A stretch of DNA of 64,000 nucleotides from Octopus vulgaris (Eukaryota). Position 1 is the stretch's first letter; every line of letters starts with the position of its first letter. Below the pieces are notes generated by a model. It was given only the letters and a program-made list of their open reading frames with translations. It was not told the DNA's origin and did not search any database. Shown here in pieces: positions 12,279 to 23,054 of this stretch. Both the position numbers and the translations under genes were made by a program. Location of the stretch: contig OX597818.1 of assembly GCA_951406725.2 (NCBI GenBank), positions 142,724,001 to 142,788,000 on the forward strand. The letters run 5' to 3'.

Positions 12279-13509
12279 AGGTGGTCCCAAAAGAAGTTTG
12301 GACCCATAACAAATTTACTGCTTTCTAAATCAAGGTTTCATTTCATTTTTATATAGTAAAAATATTTTTTTAAAAACCCTCATACTTAAGAAATAGACAC
12401 TTCATTACACATGAAAACTTCCTCTCCCTATACATACACACATTATAAATAATATAGGATAACCTCAAAAGTTTGGATCCATAAGATAGTCATTTCATAT
12501 ATATATATATAATGTATGTATATTATTTTCTTCAAACTAAATTACTGTTTCAATAAGAGTCAAAGCTAATAGTAGATAGTCACAGTGGCTTCCTTCCAGA
12601 ACATACCATATTTGGCAGCTTAGAAAGTGCATTAGTACGTCAGATGCACCTCAGTTATAGCAGGTCCTTTCTAGAACCATTCATCATCATCATCATCATC
12701 GTTTAACGTCCGTTCTCCATGCTAGCATGGGTTGGACGGTTCGACCGGGGATCTGGGAAGCCAGAAGGCTGCACCAGGCTCCAGTCTTATCTGGCAATGT
12801 TTCTACAGCTGGATGCCCTTCCTAACGCCAACCACTCCGTGAGTGTAGTGGGTGCTTTTTAAAAAAACCCATTATATACCATTAACCTAAACTTTGATCT
12901 TGTGCTTACAAGATAAGCTAATTTTTTTTAGGAAATTCTATGGAGAAAAAGAGGAACTTAGAAACCATTAAATGTGGTATTTGAGAATAATGAAAGTAAC
13001 ATCCCTGTAAATTTTATAAAATATCATATTTATGTTTTATACAAAATCATAAAATTGATAAACACACCTTTATCTACTATTTTGTAGAGTAGTTTAAGGT
13101 TAGTTACATGAAACATTTAGATATGGATTTGTAATCTTGGAATGGGTTGAATAAACAGGATCCAACAAGCTGGAGGACAATGTTGTGTTCCAAGGCCTTT
13201 GCTTTGACACGGTTTCAACCGCTAGATGTCCGTTCTAATGTTTCTGTATTGACAAGATTTCTAAAGCTGGATGCACACTTTATAAAGTGTACGGTGTGAA
13301 TTTTATGTGGCACCAGCACCATAGAGGTTGTCTTTTCCCTGGCAAGAGGAAACCCATCAGGTACATTAGCCCCTGCTTAATTGAAGATGTCTAACTAGAC
13401 AAACACATCTTAATTACTGTACCCTCCCACCACCACCCCCACCCCCAAAGCCAGACTAACTACTACAATGCATTATCCTGTTCCCCATCATCACCACACA
13501 GAATTTCTA

Positions 13510-13935
13510 ATTGTGTGGTTGTGTGGTAAGAACCTTGCTTCCCAACCACATGGTTCCGGGTTCAGTCCCACTGCATGACACCTTGGGCAAATGTCTTCTA
13601 CTATAGCCTCGTGCTGACCAAAGCCTTGTCAGTGGATTTGGTAAAAAGAAACTGAAAGAAGTCTGCCGTATATCTGTATGTGTGTGTACGTGTGTGAGTG
13701 TGTGAGTGTGTGTGTGAGTGTGTGTGTGTGTATGTTTGTGTCTGTCCCCGCCATCACCACTTGACAACTGGTGTTAGTGTGTTTATGTCCCCATAACTTA
13801 CCAGCTCAGCAAAAGAGACCAATAGAATAAGTGCTAGGTTTAAAAATAAGTCCTGGGGTTGATTTGTTCAACTAAAATCCTTCAAAGTGATGCTCCAGCA
13901 TGGTTGCACTTAAGTGGCTGAAACAAGTAAGAGAA
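13510..13935 (+). mobile_element. tRNA-derived SINE, family C (CORE-like CCTTGGGCAAGTG domain, internal (TG)n)
   Basis: tRNA-like head TGTGTGGTAAG...GGGTTCAGTCCC. Near-intact copy at 29406-29836 (-); partial copies near 10350, 46840, 50180, 54340, 61880 and 62660. Confidence 0.75.
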
Positions 13936-14979
13936 TATAAGAGTTATCTTTCCCCATTCATTACAGGTGATAGGTAGGTTGCCATATAGCTGAATGGTTA
14001 AGACATCCACTTTGCAACCACACATTTCTGGGTTCAATCCCATTGCATGGCAACTTGGGTAAATGTCATTATTTTTTTTTTTACACCCTTAGGTCAACCC
14101 GTACCTTGTGAATGAAACTGGGTAGATGGAAACTGCATAGAAGCCCATACCTGTAATTAAAATGCCACAGCCAAATTTACTGGTTGACTTGTGGTTGAAT
14201 GCTGAATGCCAAAGTAAAATGTATATTTGTAAAGACTAATCCTATTAGAGAAAATATAAATTTGAGACCCTGGTAAAACTGAAAAATCTCAATATAATGA
14301 TTACTATACTACATAATCTCAATAAAATATACACCTCCCAAATTAGCACCTTTATATCAATATATATCAAATGTGGAGATCATTTTCAGTTCTACTGCAT
14401 GTACAGATTGTCTAAACTGTGTGTTTTGATTTTTAACCAATGAAAATTACGTTGGTCAATGTGCCGTTTAGTAAACTAAAGATGGAATTCTTTAAATTGG
14501 TCTGAGAGAATTGAATGAAATGGGAAGTGGTTCTTTGTTGAAATCATGGCACACTTGCAAGACATGGAATTCTCATGTGCCAAGATAACAAAAAAAAAAA
14601 AAAGGAAACCACTCTCAAAAATTCAGTATTAGTTGGTGTAGGTTTTATCTTTAAATGTGTGTTCTATAGAGGACCCACAGTAGAGTGGTCCTTTAAATGA
14701 AGACATCAACAAAAAGAGAGATCAGTTCAACTATGCACTTTTACAAGGAAAATTGCTGAGAGTAATTTCAAAGTTTCAGCTCACTTGCCTTCATCAGACA
14801 ATTTTATGAAGGTATCCAAGCTGGAATTTCCAAGTCACTGTTAATCTTTTCCCAGGAAAAGTTCATAAATGTACTCAAATAAAAAGCATTGAGAAATCTT
14901 TCAGTTTAATGTCAAATTGTTTTTATATATAACTTGACATAAAAGCAAACATTAATGTATGTATGTGTGTATGTATGGG

Positions 14980-15019
<40 letters not shown>

Positions 15020-15831
15020 GTAGGTAGGGTAAAATCCCAAATGTTTCCCCTTGAAGCATATTTGTTTATTCTATCATTACAATCCAGTATGTAGCTGCTG
15101 TCTTTGTTGTATCGATGCAGAGTACATATTAAAGTTGAACATTCTGGAAATATTGTTTGACTGGCACCCGTGCCAGTGGAGCGCTATCACTCCCTTTATC
15201 TTATTCTCTAATTCACTTTCCTTTGTTTTCCAACTGAGGAATCCATTTATCTACTCTACAGTAAGATACCTATATCTGTCCCCTCTATTTCAAGGTCCTA
15301 GTAAGCAAGAAATTGGATAGGGCCCTATCCCATTCAGATAAATGGTCCCGTTCAATATGTAGAAAAGGTGCAAGCAGGAATTCCATTTGGTGTACCAGGT
15401 GCAAGTTATGGACACACAAGGGGTGCAGTGGAATAGTATGAAGATTAACAGAAAAAGGAGACCAAAGATACACAGGAAACTGATTTCCTCAAATATCTAG
15501 AAATAGTATATTAAATCTCTGAACTGGCACAAAGCCACACCCGCTCAATTCTACTCCCCCAATCCCAGTTGAGGGGTTTTTGTCTTGCAAGATACTAGAT
15601 GACCCTGTTGGTGCTGGTGCCATATAAAAAGCACTTAGTATACTCTGTAAAGTGGTTGGCGTTAGGAAGGGCATCCAGCTTTAGAAACCATACCAAAACA
15701 GACTATGAAACCTGGTGCAGCCCCTGCCAGCTCCGTCTAACCATCCAACCCATGCCAGCTCGGAAAACAGATGTTAAATGATGATGATACATACATATAC
15801 ACACACACACAATTTTAATGTTTGTTATATA

Positions 15832-16770
15832 TGAGGGGAAGTCAAAAATCGAAAAGTTTAAAAGTGGACAGACAAGGGTGACACACGAAGAGTCAACCTC
15901 CACTACTGACAAGAAGATTCAACAAGCTCAATAGACAGTAATGGTGAAGTAGCTCATTCTCCGCAGATTAGTCATAGTTCTGCCTATCAACTCATCCATG
16001 ATGAGCTTGGTTTCCATAAGTCTGTGCAAGACAGGTGCCAAGAGAGCTTACTGCAGAGCACAAGTGCAAAAGTCTTGAGGTCTGCCAACATTTACTCAAT
16101 TGCTACAACAATGATGGCAAGGAATTTTTAGCTGAATAGTTACAGATGAAACATGGTTCCATCATTTTGAGGCAGGATCCAAAAGAGAGAGTATGGAGTG
16201 GAAACATCTTGGCTTGCCAGCGTCAAAAAAATTCAAGACTCAGTCTTCGGCAGGAAAGGTGAAGCTAACCCTTTTTTTGGGGACTCTGAAGGGCCTATAC
16301 TGGAAGACTACCTGGAAAAGGGGTGTACGATCAACAGCGCAAGGTAGAGTACTTTGCTGGCCAACAAACTGAAGCCAGCAATTCGCACCAAATGCTGAAG
16401 CCTATTGTTGAATAAAGTTTTGATGCTGCATGACAATGCATGCCCACACACAGCCGTCCAGACTGTTGAAACCATTAGCCAATTGGGTTTTGAGGTGCTG
16501 GAACATCCTACAGCCCAGATCTTGCCCCTTCCGACTATCATATCTTTGGACTGCTCAAAGATGGTTTACAAGATCGTCGATTTCTTATGGATGAAAATAT
16601 GAAGGCAGCAGTGCATAAATGGTTGCATGACACCAACCAAAACCTTCTTCTTGGAGGGAATATGCAAGCTTGTGGACCGCTGGACCAAGTGCATCGTAAA
16701 GGAAGGAGATTATATAGAAAAATGACATACTTGTTTATCCCCTGCTCTTGTGTAAATACATTGAAAAAAC
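15832..16770 (+). mobile_element. Mariner (DD34D-type) transposon fossil
   Basis: Disrupted motifs [62 protein letters not shown]. Confidence 0.85.
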
Positions 16771-16771
16771 A

Positions 16772-16820
<49 letters not shown>

Positions 16821-16901
16821 GGTCCCGGGTTGAGTCGGGGTTAACCACAGTAAATAAGGTACTCAATACATAGCAGAGTAAATTAATTTATTATATAGAA
16901 G

Positions 16902-16954
16902 GAGCTTCTACAGGACTAGAACTGTTTCATTCAAAAGAAATCATCAGGAAGCTC
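16902..16954 (-). ncRNA. Type I hammerhead ribozyme motif (inverted copy)
   Basis: Exact reverse complement of 16959-17011. Confidence 0.75.
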
Positions 16955-16958
16955 TGAT

Positions 16959-17011
16959 GAGCTTCCTGATGATTTCTTTTGAATGAAACAGTTCTAGTCC
17001 TGTAGAAGCTC
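16959..17011 (+). ncRNA. Type I hammerhead ribozyme motif
   Basis: GAGCTTC-CTGATGA-TTTCTTTTGAAT-GAAA-CAG-TTCTAGTC-CTG-TA-GAAGCTC: perfect 7-bp stem I, 4-bp stem III, GUA cleavage triplet; U.U at the stem II base. Confidence 0.75.
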
Positions 17012-17020
17012 CTTCTATAT

Positions 17021-17057
<37 letters not shown>

Positions 17058-17216
17058 TAATGTAGTATAAAATTTTTTTGAAAAAAAATTTTATCAATGT
17101 TCAGATTACTCTGTTAAATGTAATAATAAAAAATACCATTAAATATAAAACATATGGAATATTTGGGCCAGATATGGCCGGTTTAAACACTAAAGGGTTA
17201 AAGGTTAAATTTATAA

Positions 17217-17337
17217 ACAACTTATAAATAAGGGCAAACGAAAAAATTTCTAATGCCAAATATGCCGAAATTAGGTGTCTAATTTCGACATATTTGGCAT
17301 TAGAAATTTTTTTCTTTAGCACTTATTTATAAGTTGT
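17217..17337. repeat. Fold-back hairpin (~58-bp arms, 4-nt loop)
   Basis: acaacttataaataaggg...gccgaaattag gtgt ctaatttcgac...cttatttataagttgt. Confidence 0.85.
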
Positions 17338-17529
17338 GTGTGTGTATATATATATATATATATACCGGAGTAAACACATAAATGTGAAACAAGGTGGAAA
17401 AAAGAGTACCAGTGGCAGAGTAATATGCTTTATTTAAAGCAGCAGAAAATTCAACAAAACCTGTTACTCTGAGTTTCCTGTTGCCGTTCATTGGACAGTT
17501 TTTGCTAGCAAAAACTGTCCGATGAACGG

Positions 17530-20366
17530 ACAGCTTCTTCATCGACAAAGAAGACATCAGTGGAAAAACTATTGGAATCATTGGAAAGCAATGTTGGTTA
17601 CATATGTGATGGTTCGTGATGCTACTAGGTCCATTGCCTCCCACTTCCTCAGGGTTGGCACCCTCAACGTTGGCACACTGAAGGGCAGATCTGGTGAGAT
17701 CGTCGAATTGCTCGGACGGAGGTGTGTAGATATATGCTGTATTCAAGAGGTGAGGTGGAGAGGAGGTTCTGCTAGGTTCCTCACAGGTAAAGGACAGAGG
17801 TACAAGATTTTCTGGGCTGGGAATACTGAAGGGGTCGGGGGAGTGGGTATGCTTATTGCCGAAAAATGGGTAGATAAGGATATCGAGGTAGTCAGAGTAT
17901 GTGACAGAATACTGAAGATTAGATTAGTGCTCCATCATTGTTTAGCAACTATTATATCGGCCTATGCCCCTCAGCCAGGGTTACCCGATGGACAGAAAGA
18001 CCATTTCTATGACACCCTACTGCAGACCACCTCATTGACGAACAACAGGGACCTTCTCTTTGTGGCTGGTGACTTCAATGGGCATGTTGGACGATATGCT
18101 GAGGGCTTCTATGGCGTTCATGGAGGCTATGGTTATGGTTCTCGCAATGAGGAGGGAACCAGGCTGCTGGAGTTCTGTGATGCGAATAGTCTTATGGCTT
18201 GCAACACTAACTTCAGGAAACCGACAAGCCACTTGGTCACCTACCGTTCGGGCCAGCATATTAACCAAATCGACTACATCCTTGCCAGAAAAAGGGAAAG
18301 ATAGCTGCTTATAAATGCCAAAACCTTCCCAGGCGAAGAATGTACCCCACAACATAGAATGGTAGTCAGTGACTTTAGGATCAGGACTAAGAGGACGACT
18401 AGAAGACGACCAACATGGAGAAGAAGGGTCTGGAAGCTTAAAGACCCTGCAAATGGACAGAGATTTAGAGACATGTTACTTGAAGCCTTCGACGAAATAG
18501 AAGGGGGTATAGCTACACATGGGGTAGAAGATAACTGGGCGCTTCTAAGGGACAACCTGCTGAAAGCCACTGACCAGATCTGTGGCTGGTGCAAAGTCCC
18601 CACAAGACCCAAAATAACGTGGTGGTGGAACAATACTGTTGACAGGGCTATTAGACAAAAGAAACAGGCTTGGAAGGACTGGAAGAACGGTGGTAGCAGG
18701 GAAGTGTATCAGACTGCAAGAAGGGAAGCTAGGAGGCAGGTGTATTTAGCCAGAGGGGAAGCAGATAAGAAAAAATTTGCCAATGTCCTGCACCGTAAGG
18801 ATGAAAGACTTGAGGTATTTCGTATAGCAAGACAGTGTGTGAGAGAGAATCGTGACGTGGTAGGAGAGAAATGTGTTCGCAAAGATGACGGTTCACTTGC
18901 GCTAAATGAGGATGCAAAGAGAGAGGTTTGGAGACGCCACTATGAAAGGTTGCTGAATGAGGAAAATGTATGGGACAAAGAGAGTCTGCCGAATGCTGAC
19001 CCAACAGAGGGACCAGCAATCCGAGTTGACAGTTCCTTAGTAGTTAAGGCAATTACAAGCATGAAAACAGGGAAAGCCCCAGGCCCATCAGGAATTACTG
19101 CAGAGATGCTCAAAGTTTAGAGAGCTCTTACCCCTGCTGGTGACAAAAGACCTCTCGCTCAAAGTAAAAGGCAGACTGTATGATGCATGTGTACGTACAG
19201 CCATGCTACATGGTAGTGAAACATGGGCCGTGACTGCTGAGGATTTGCGTAAGCTCGCAAGAAATGAAGCTAGTATGCTCCAATGGATGTGTAATGTCAG
19301 TGTTCATAATCGACAGAGTGTAAGTACCTTGAGAGAAAAGTTGGACCTAAGAAGCATCAGTTGTTGTGTGCAAGAGAGACGTTTGCGCTGGTATGGTCAT
19401 GTGACGAGAATGGCTGAAGATAGTTGTGTGCGAAAGTGGCACACCCTGGCAGTTGAGGGGACCTGTGGAAGAGGTAGACCCAGGAAAACCTGGGTCGAGG
19501 TGGTGAAGCACGACCTTCGAACTTTAGGTCTCACCAAGGAAATGACCAGAGACCAAGACCTATGGAAGTATGCTGTGCGTGAGAAGAACCGGCAAGACCA
19601 GTGAGAACAGTCAAAATCAAAATCAAACCAAATCAATTCATATATCAGAAAGCAGAACCAAAATTGAGGTCGATCAAGATCAGTCGGAATTGCAGCTGTG
19701 GTTAAGCGAACCATCCGATCATGGTCGTTGCCGGCGCTGCCCCGCCTAGCCTCCGTGCCTGTGGCACGTAAAAGCACCATCCGTTCGTGCCCGCTGCCAG
19801 CCTCGCCTGGCCCCCATGCTGGTGACACGTAAAAGCACCATCCGTTCGTGGCCGTTTGCCAGCTCTGTCTGGCCCCCGTGTCGGTGGCATGTAAAAGCAC
19901 CATCCGTTGCCAACCTCGCCTGGCCCCCGTGCCGGTGACACGTAAAAGCACCATCCATTCGTGGCCGTTTGCCAGCTCTGTCTGGCCCCCGTGCCGGTGG
20001 CACGTAAAAGCACCATCCGTTCGTGTCCGTTTGCCAGCTCTGTCTGGCCCCCACGTCGGTGGCACGTAAAAGTACCATCCGTTCGTGTCCGTTGCCAGCC
20101 TCGCCTGGCCCCCGTGTCGGTGACACGTAAAAGCACCATCCGTTCGTGGCCATTTGCCAGCTCTGTCTGGCACCTGTGCGGGTGGCACGTTAAAAGCACC
20201 CACTACACTCTCGGAGTGGTTGGCGTTAGGAAGGGCATCCAGCCGTAGAAACACTGCCAGATCTGACTGGGCCTGATGAAGCCTTCCAGCTTCACAGACA
20301 CAAGTTGAACCGTCCAACCCATGCTAGCATGGAAAACGGACACTAAATGATGATGATGATGATGAT
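17530..20366 (+). mobile_element. RTE-clade LINE, internally deleted (endonuclease kept, RT lost), with tandem-repeat 3' UTR and (GAT)n tail
   Basis: APE motifs GTLNVGTL, CCIQEVRW, SAYAPQ, GDFNGHVG, QIDYIL; one in-frame TAG at 18302-18304; KAPGPSGITAEMLK joined to the post-RT region (YDACVRTAMLHGSETW, RLRWYGHV, GRGRPRKTW). Confidence 0.9.
19750..20200 (+). repeat. ~61-bp tandem repeat array (about 7.5 units) in the RTE 3' UTR
   Basis: Unit CGTGCCGGTGGCACGTAAAAGCACCATCCGTTCGTGGCCGTTTGCCAGC...TGGCCCC, with two interspersed sub-variants. Confidence 0.92.
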
Positions 20367-20370
20367 ATAT

Positions 20371-20729
20371 AATATAAATTAGAGAAAAAACCCCACTATT
20401 ATGCAATTCAAACAATGATTAGACATAAACCAAATCATAAATAAAAAATAAAATATATTTTTTTTTTAAAGTATAAAAAGGAATAATCAATATATAATAT
20501 TATTTATATTTGCTTATTATATATTGATTATTCCGTTTTAGACTTTTTGTGATCTAGTTATATGTTTTAAAAAAATATATTTTATTTTTTATTTATGATT
20601 TGGTTTATGTCTATAATTGTTTGAATTGCATAATAGTGTTTTTTCTCTAATTTATATTTTACATATTGTGAAATTTGATTTAATACCAAATTGAATTTTT
20701 CCATGTAAGTTTGGAGTTATACTCCCTAA

Positions 20730-20730
<1 letters not shown>
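20371..20730. repeat. AT-rich fold-back element
   Basis: Arms at about 20371-20500 and 20514-20658; the right arm plus tail recurs at about 26060-26250. Confidence 0.8.
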
Positions 20731-20786
<56 letters not shown>

Positions 20787-21032
20787 TCCTGTTTTTCTTT
20801 TGATAAATATACCCTATCACCTACACCACTAACTGGCATATACAGGTGCTTACAGTTATCAAGTATCCACCCTGAATTTTTTTGGTTGGCGTTAGGAAGG
20901 GCATCCAGCTGTAGAAACACTGCCAGATCAGACTGGAGCCTGGTGCAGCCTCCTGGCTTCCCAGACCCCGGTCGAACTGTCCAACCCATGCTAGCATGGA
21001 AAACGGACGTTAAATGATGATGATGATGATGA

Positions 21033-21290
21033 TATATAAAGTATAGGAAAGAATGGAGCTGAACGAAGATTTAACAAAATAAAATAAAATAAAGGAATTT
21101 TGTTAAATCTTCGTTCAGCTCCATTCTTTCCTATACTTAATATATAAAACGTCAAATTTCCGCACTAAGGCACGGATTTTATGCCCTATGGTCGTAACTT
21201 CAACCGTGCCCTTTCTGTTGTGAGTTTGCTACCCAGGTATCGGTTATCTTTCGAATTATCCGTAATAAGATAATTCATTTGTCTACTTTA
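21033..21290. repeat. Fold-back element with unique tail
   Basis: Arms at 21033-21080 and 21097-21146. Confidence 0.8.
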
Positions 21291-21312
21291 TCATCATCAT
21301 CGTTTAACGTCC

Positions 21313-21382
<70 letters not shown>

Positions 21383-21422
21383 TTAAAAAACACTTTTAGA
21401 AAGCATTCTTGATACTGTTACA

Positions 21423-21983
21423 ATATTTGAAGAAAGATTTTCTTAAATTAAAAATTATTAATTACATAAAAAAATCTTTAAAACAACTGAATAACATAAA
21501 TCTTTTGGAAAGATGTGTTTGTTACGTGTAAGTGCTTCCAATGTTTACAGCTTTTCAAACACATGTTACTGAGTAATATGCATAGAGTAAGTTCTTTTTC
21601 TCTAAAATGGAATATTCTGAATTTTTTATTCGCACAAATGTCTAAGAGTTCACTTCATGGAACCTTTCTAAAAGATGAATCTTTCATTTGTGCAAAGGAG
21701 AATTCAAAATATTCCCTTTTCTTCAAAATAAAGACAGTTAATGATCAACTAGAAAAGATAGAAGAAGGATTCTTTATAAGAACTCTAATTTCAAAACAAA
21801 ACTCACTGCTTTAAAACACAATTTCCTCTATACAGATTATCCCAACACTTATTTGAAAAGCTGTAATCAGCAAAAGAGTTTACACATTATGAATGCTTCT
21901 TTCCAAAATATTTGTGTCATTCGTTTAAGATTTTTTTAATATAATCAATAATTTTTAATTTAAGAAAATCTATTTTCAAATAT
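21423..21983 (+). mobile_element. Decayed Penelope-like remnant (GIY-YIG C-terminus) between ~60-bp inverted repeats
   Basis: Inverted repeats at 21423-21484 and 21923-21983; internal peptide ICAKENSKYSLFFKIKTVNDQLEKIEEGFFIRTLISKQN resembles Penelope endonuclease ends. Confidence 0.5.
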
Positions 21984-22953
21984 ATATATATCAGCATAAA
22001 TATTCACTGTTTTGTTTTTAAAAGAATTACAGAATTAGTTGAGGATCACATATGTAGAATCTGAAAGCAAGTAACTAGAATATTTGGGTTGAAAATTCAT
22101 ATAAACATATGGACAATATGTACTCAAACACACAAAATAGGTTTGGACAATTGAAATGTACACGTATATATCAGTATGTATGTGTGTGTGTGTATATATA
22201 TATATATGTGTGTATGTGTGTTTGTGTGCGTATGCATGAGTGTATGCATATATGTTTGCATGTGTGTGTATGCATATATATATATATATATATATATACA
22301 CAAACACAGATATATATATAGAAGGGAATCTTTTGAGAAGTAATCACATTAAAAAGACTGTGACAGACACTCAAGATGATATACCAAAGTGTAAAATAAA
22401 TAAACTCTAAGTGTGTATATTTGTTGCATATGAGTAAGTAGGCATGCACTAAAATACGTATTTTTTTTATTGATATATGTCATCAAAGAAATGTTTACAC
22501 ATGAACTGGTGATAAAAAGTGTGTTTGTGTGTGAGTATGAAAATATGTAATCAAATGAGTGTGTGCATGCATATATATGCAAAGGAGCGATAGTAAAGGT
22601 GTTTGCCAATGAACGTGATTGAATGTATGCATGCACATATGAATGGAAATGAGAAATGGTGTGTATGTGTATGCATAAGTGGTTATATATGCTTGCGGTT
22701 GAAATGAGGAGAGCAACAAGATTAAAAGTTGCATTTTTGTGAGTGCGTATCCATGTATATGAAACTTTGTTTTTATAAGAATGTGTGAATGCGAGTGTAT
22801 GAGTAACTTTCAATTACAAAAAAACAGTTTTTAAAAGTATAGTTAAATTTACACAGATTGTAGCCTGTATATAAATCCAGTCAAAAGAACCCAAGCCTCT
22901 GAATAGGATTATGTTACATAACCCCTAAACACACAAGTTTTCAATTTGGTCCA

Positions 22954-23054
22954 CTATACTTGCCGAATTAAGTCTGAAGCTGGAAGTTGGAATAGTTCGA
23001 AATCTATCTCTTGTCGCAAGACACCAGTTAGGACGAATTCTGAATTGAAGACAG
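22954..23054 (-). CDS. PAXIP1: PAXIP1 last coding exon with TAG stop
   Basis: (A)[32 protein letters not shown]; tttcag acceptor. Confidence 0.94.

Noticed and set aside
12170-12485. Old ~200-bp direct duplication
   Set aside because: Highly diverged, with no sign of function.
14745-14805. Minus-strand CTGATGA...GAAAC hammerhead-like motif
   Set aside because: Stem III and the NUH site do not form; at best a decayed relic.
19750-20200. CRISPR-like appearance of the regular repeats
   Set aside because: No unique spacers, no cas genes, eukaryotic LINE context.
19397-20317. 306-aa minus-strand ORF and overlapping repeat ORFs
   Set aside because: Antisense reading of the GC-rich RTE 3' tandem array; no protein-family features.
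21160-21215. GGCACGG/CCGTGCC stem as a possible HDV-like or twister ribozyme
   Set aside because: The required P1.1/P2/P3 or twister core elements are not found on either strand.
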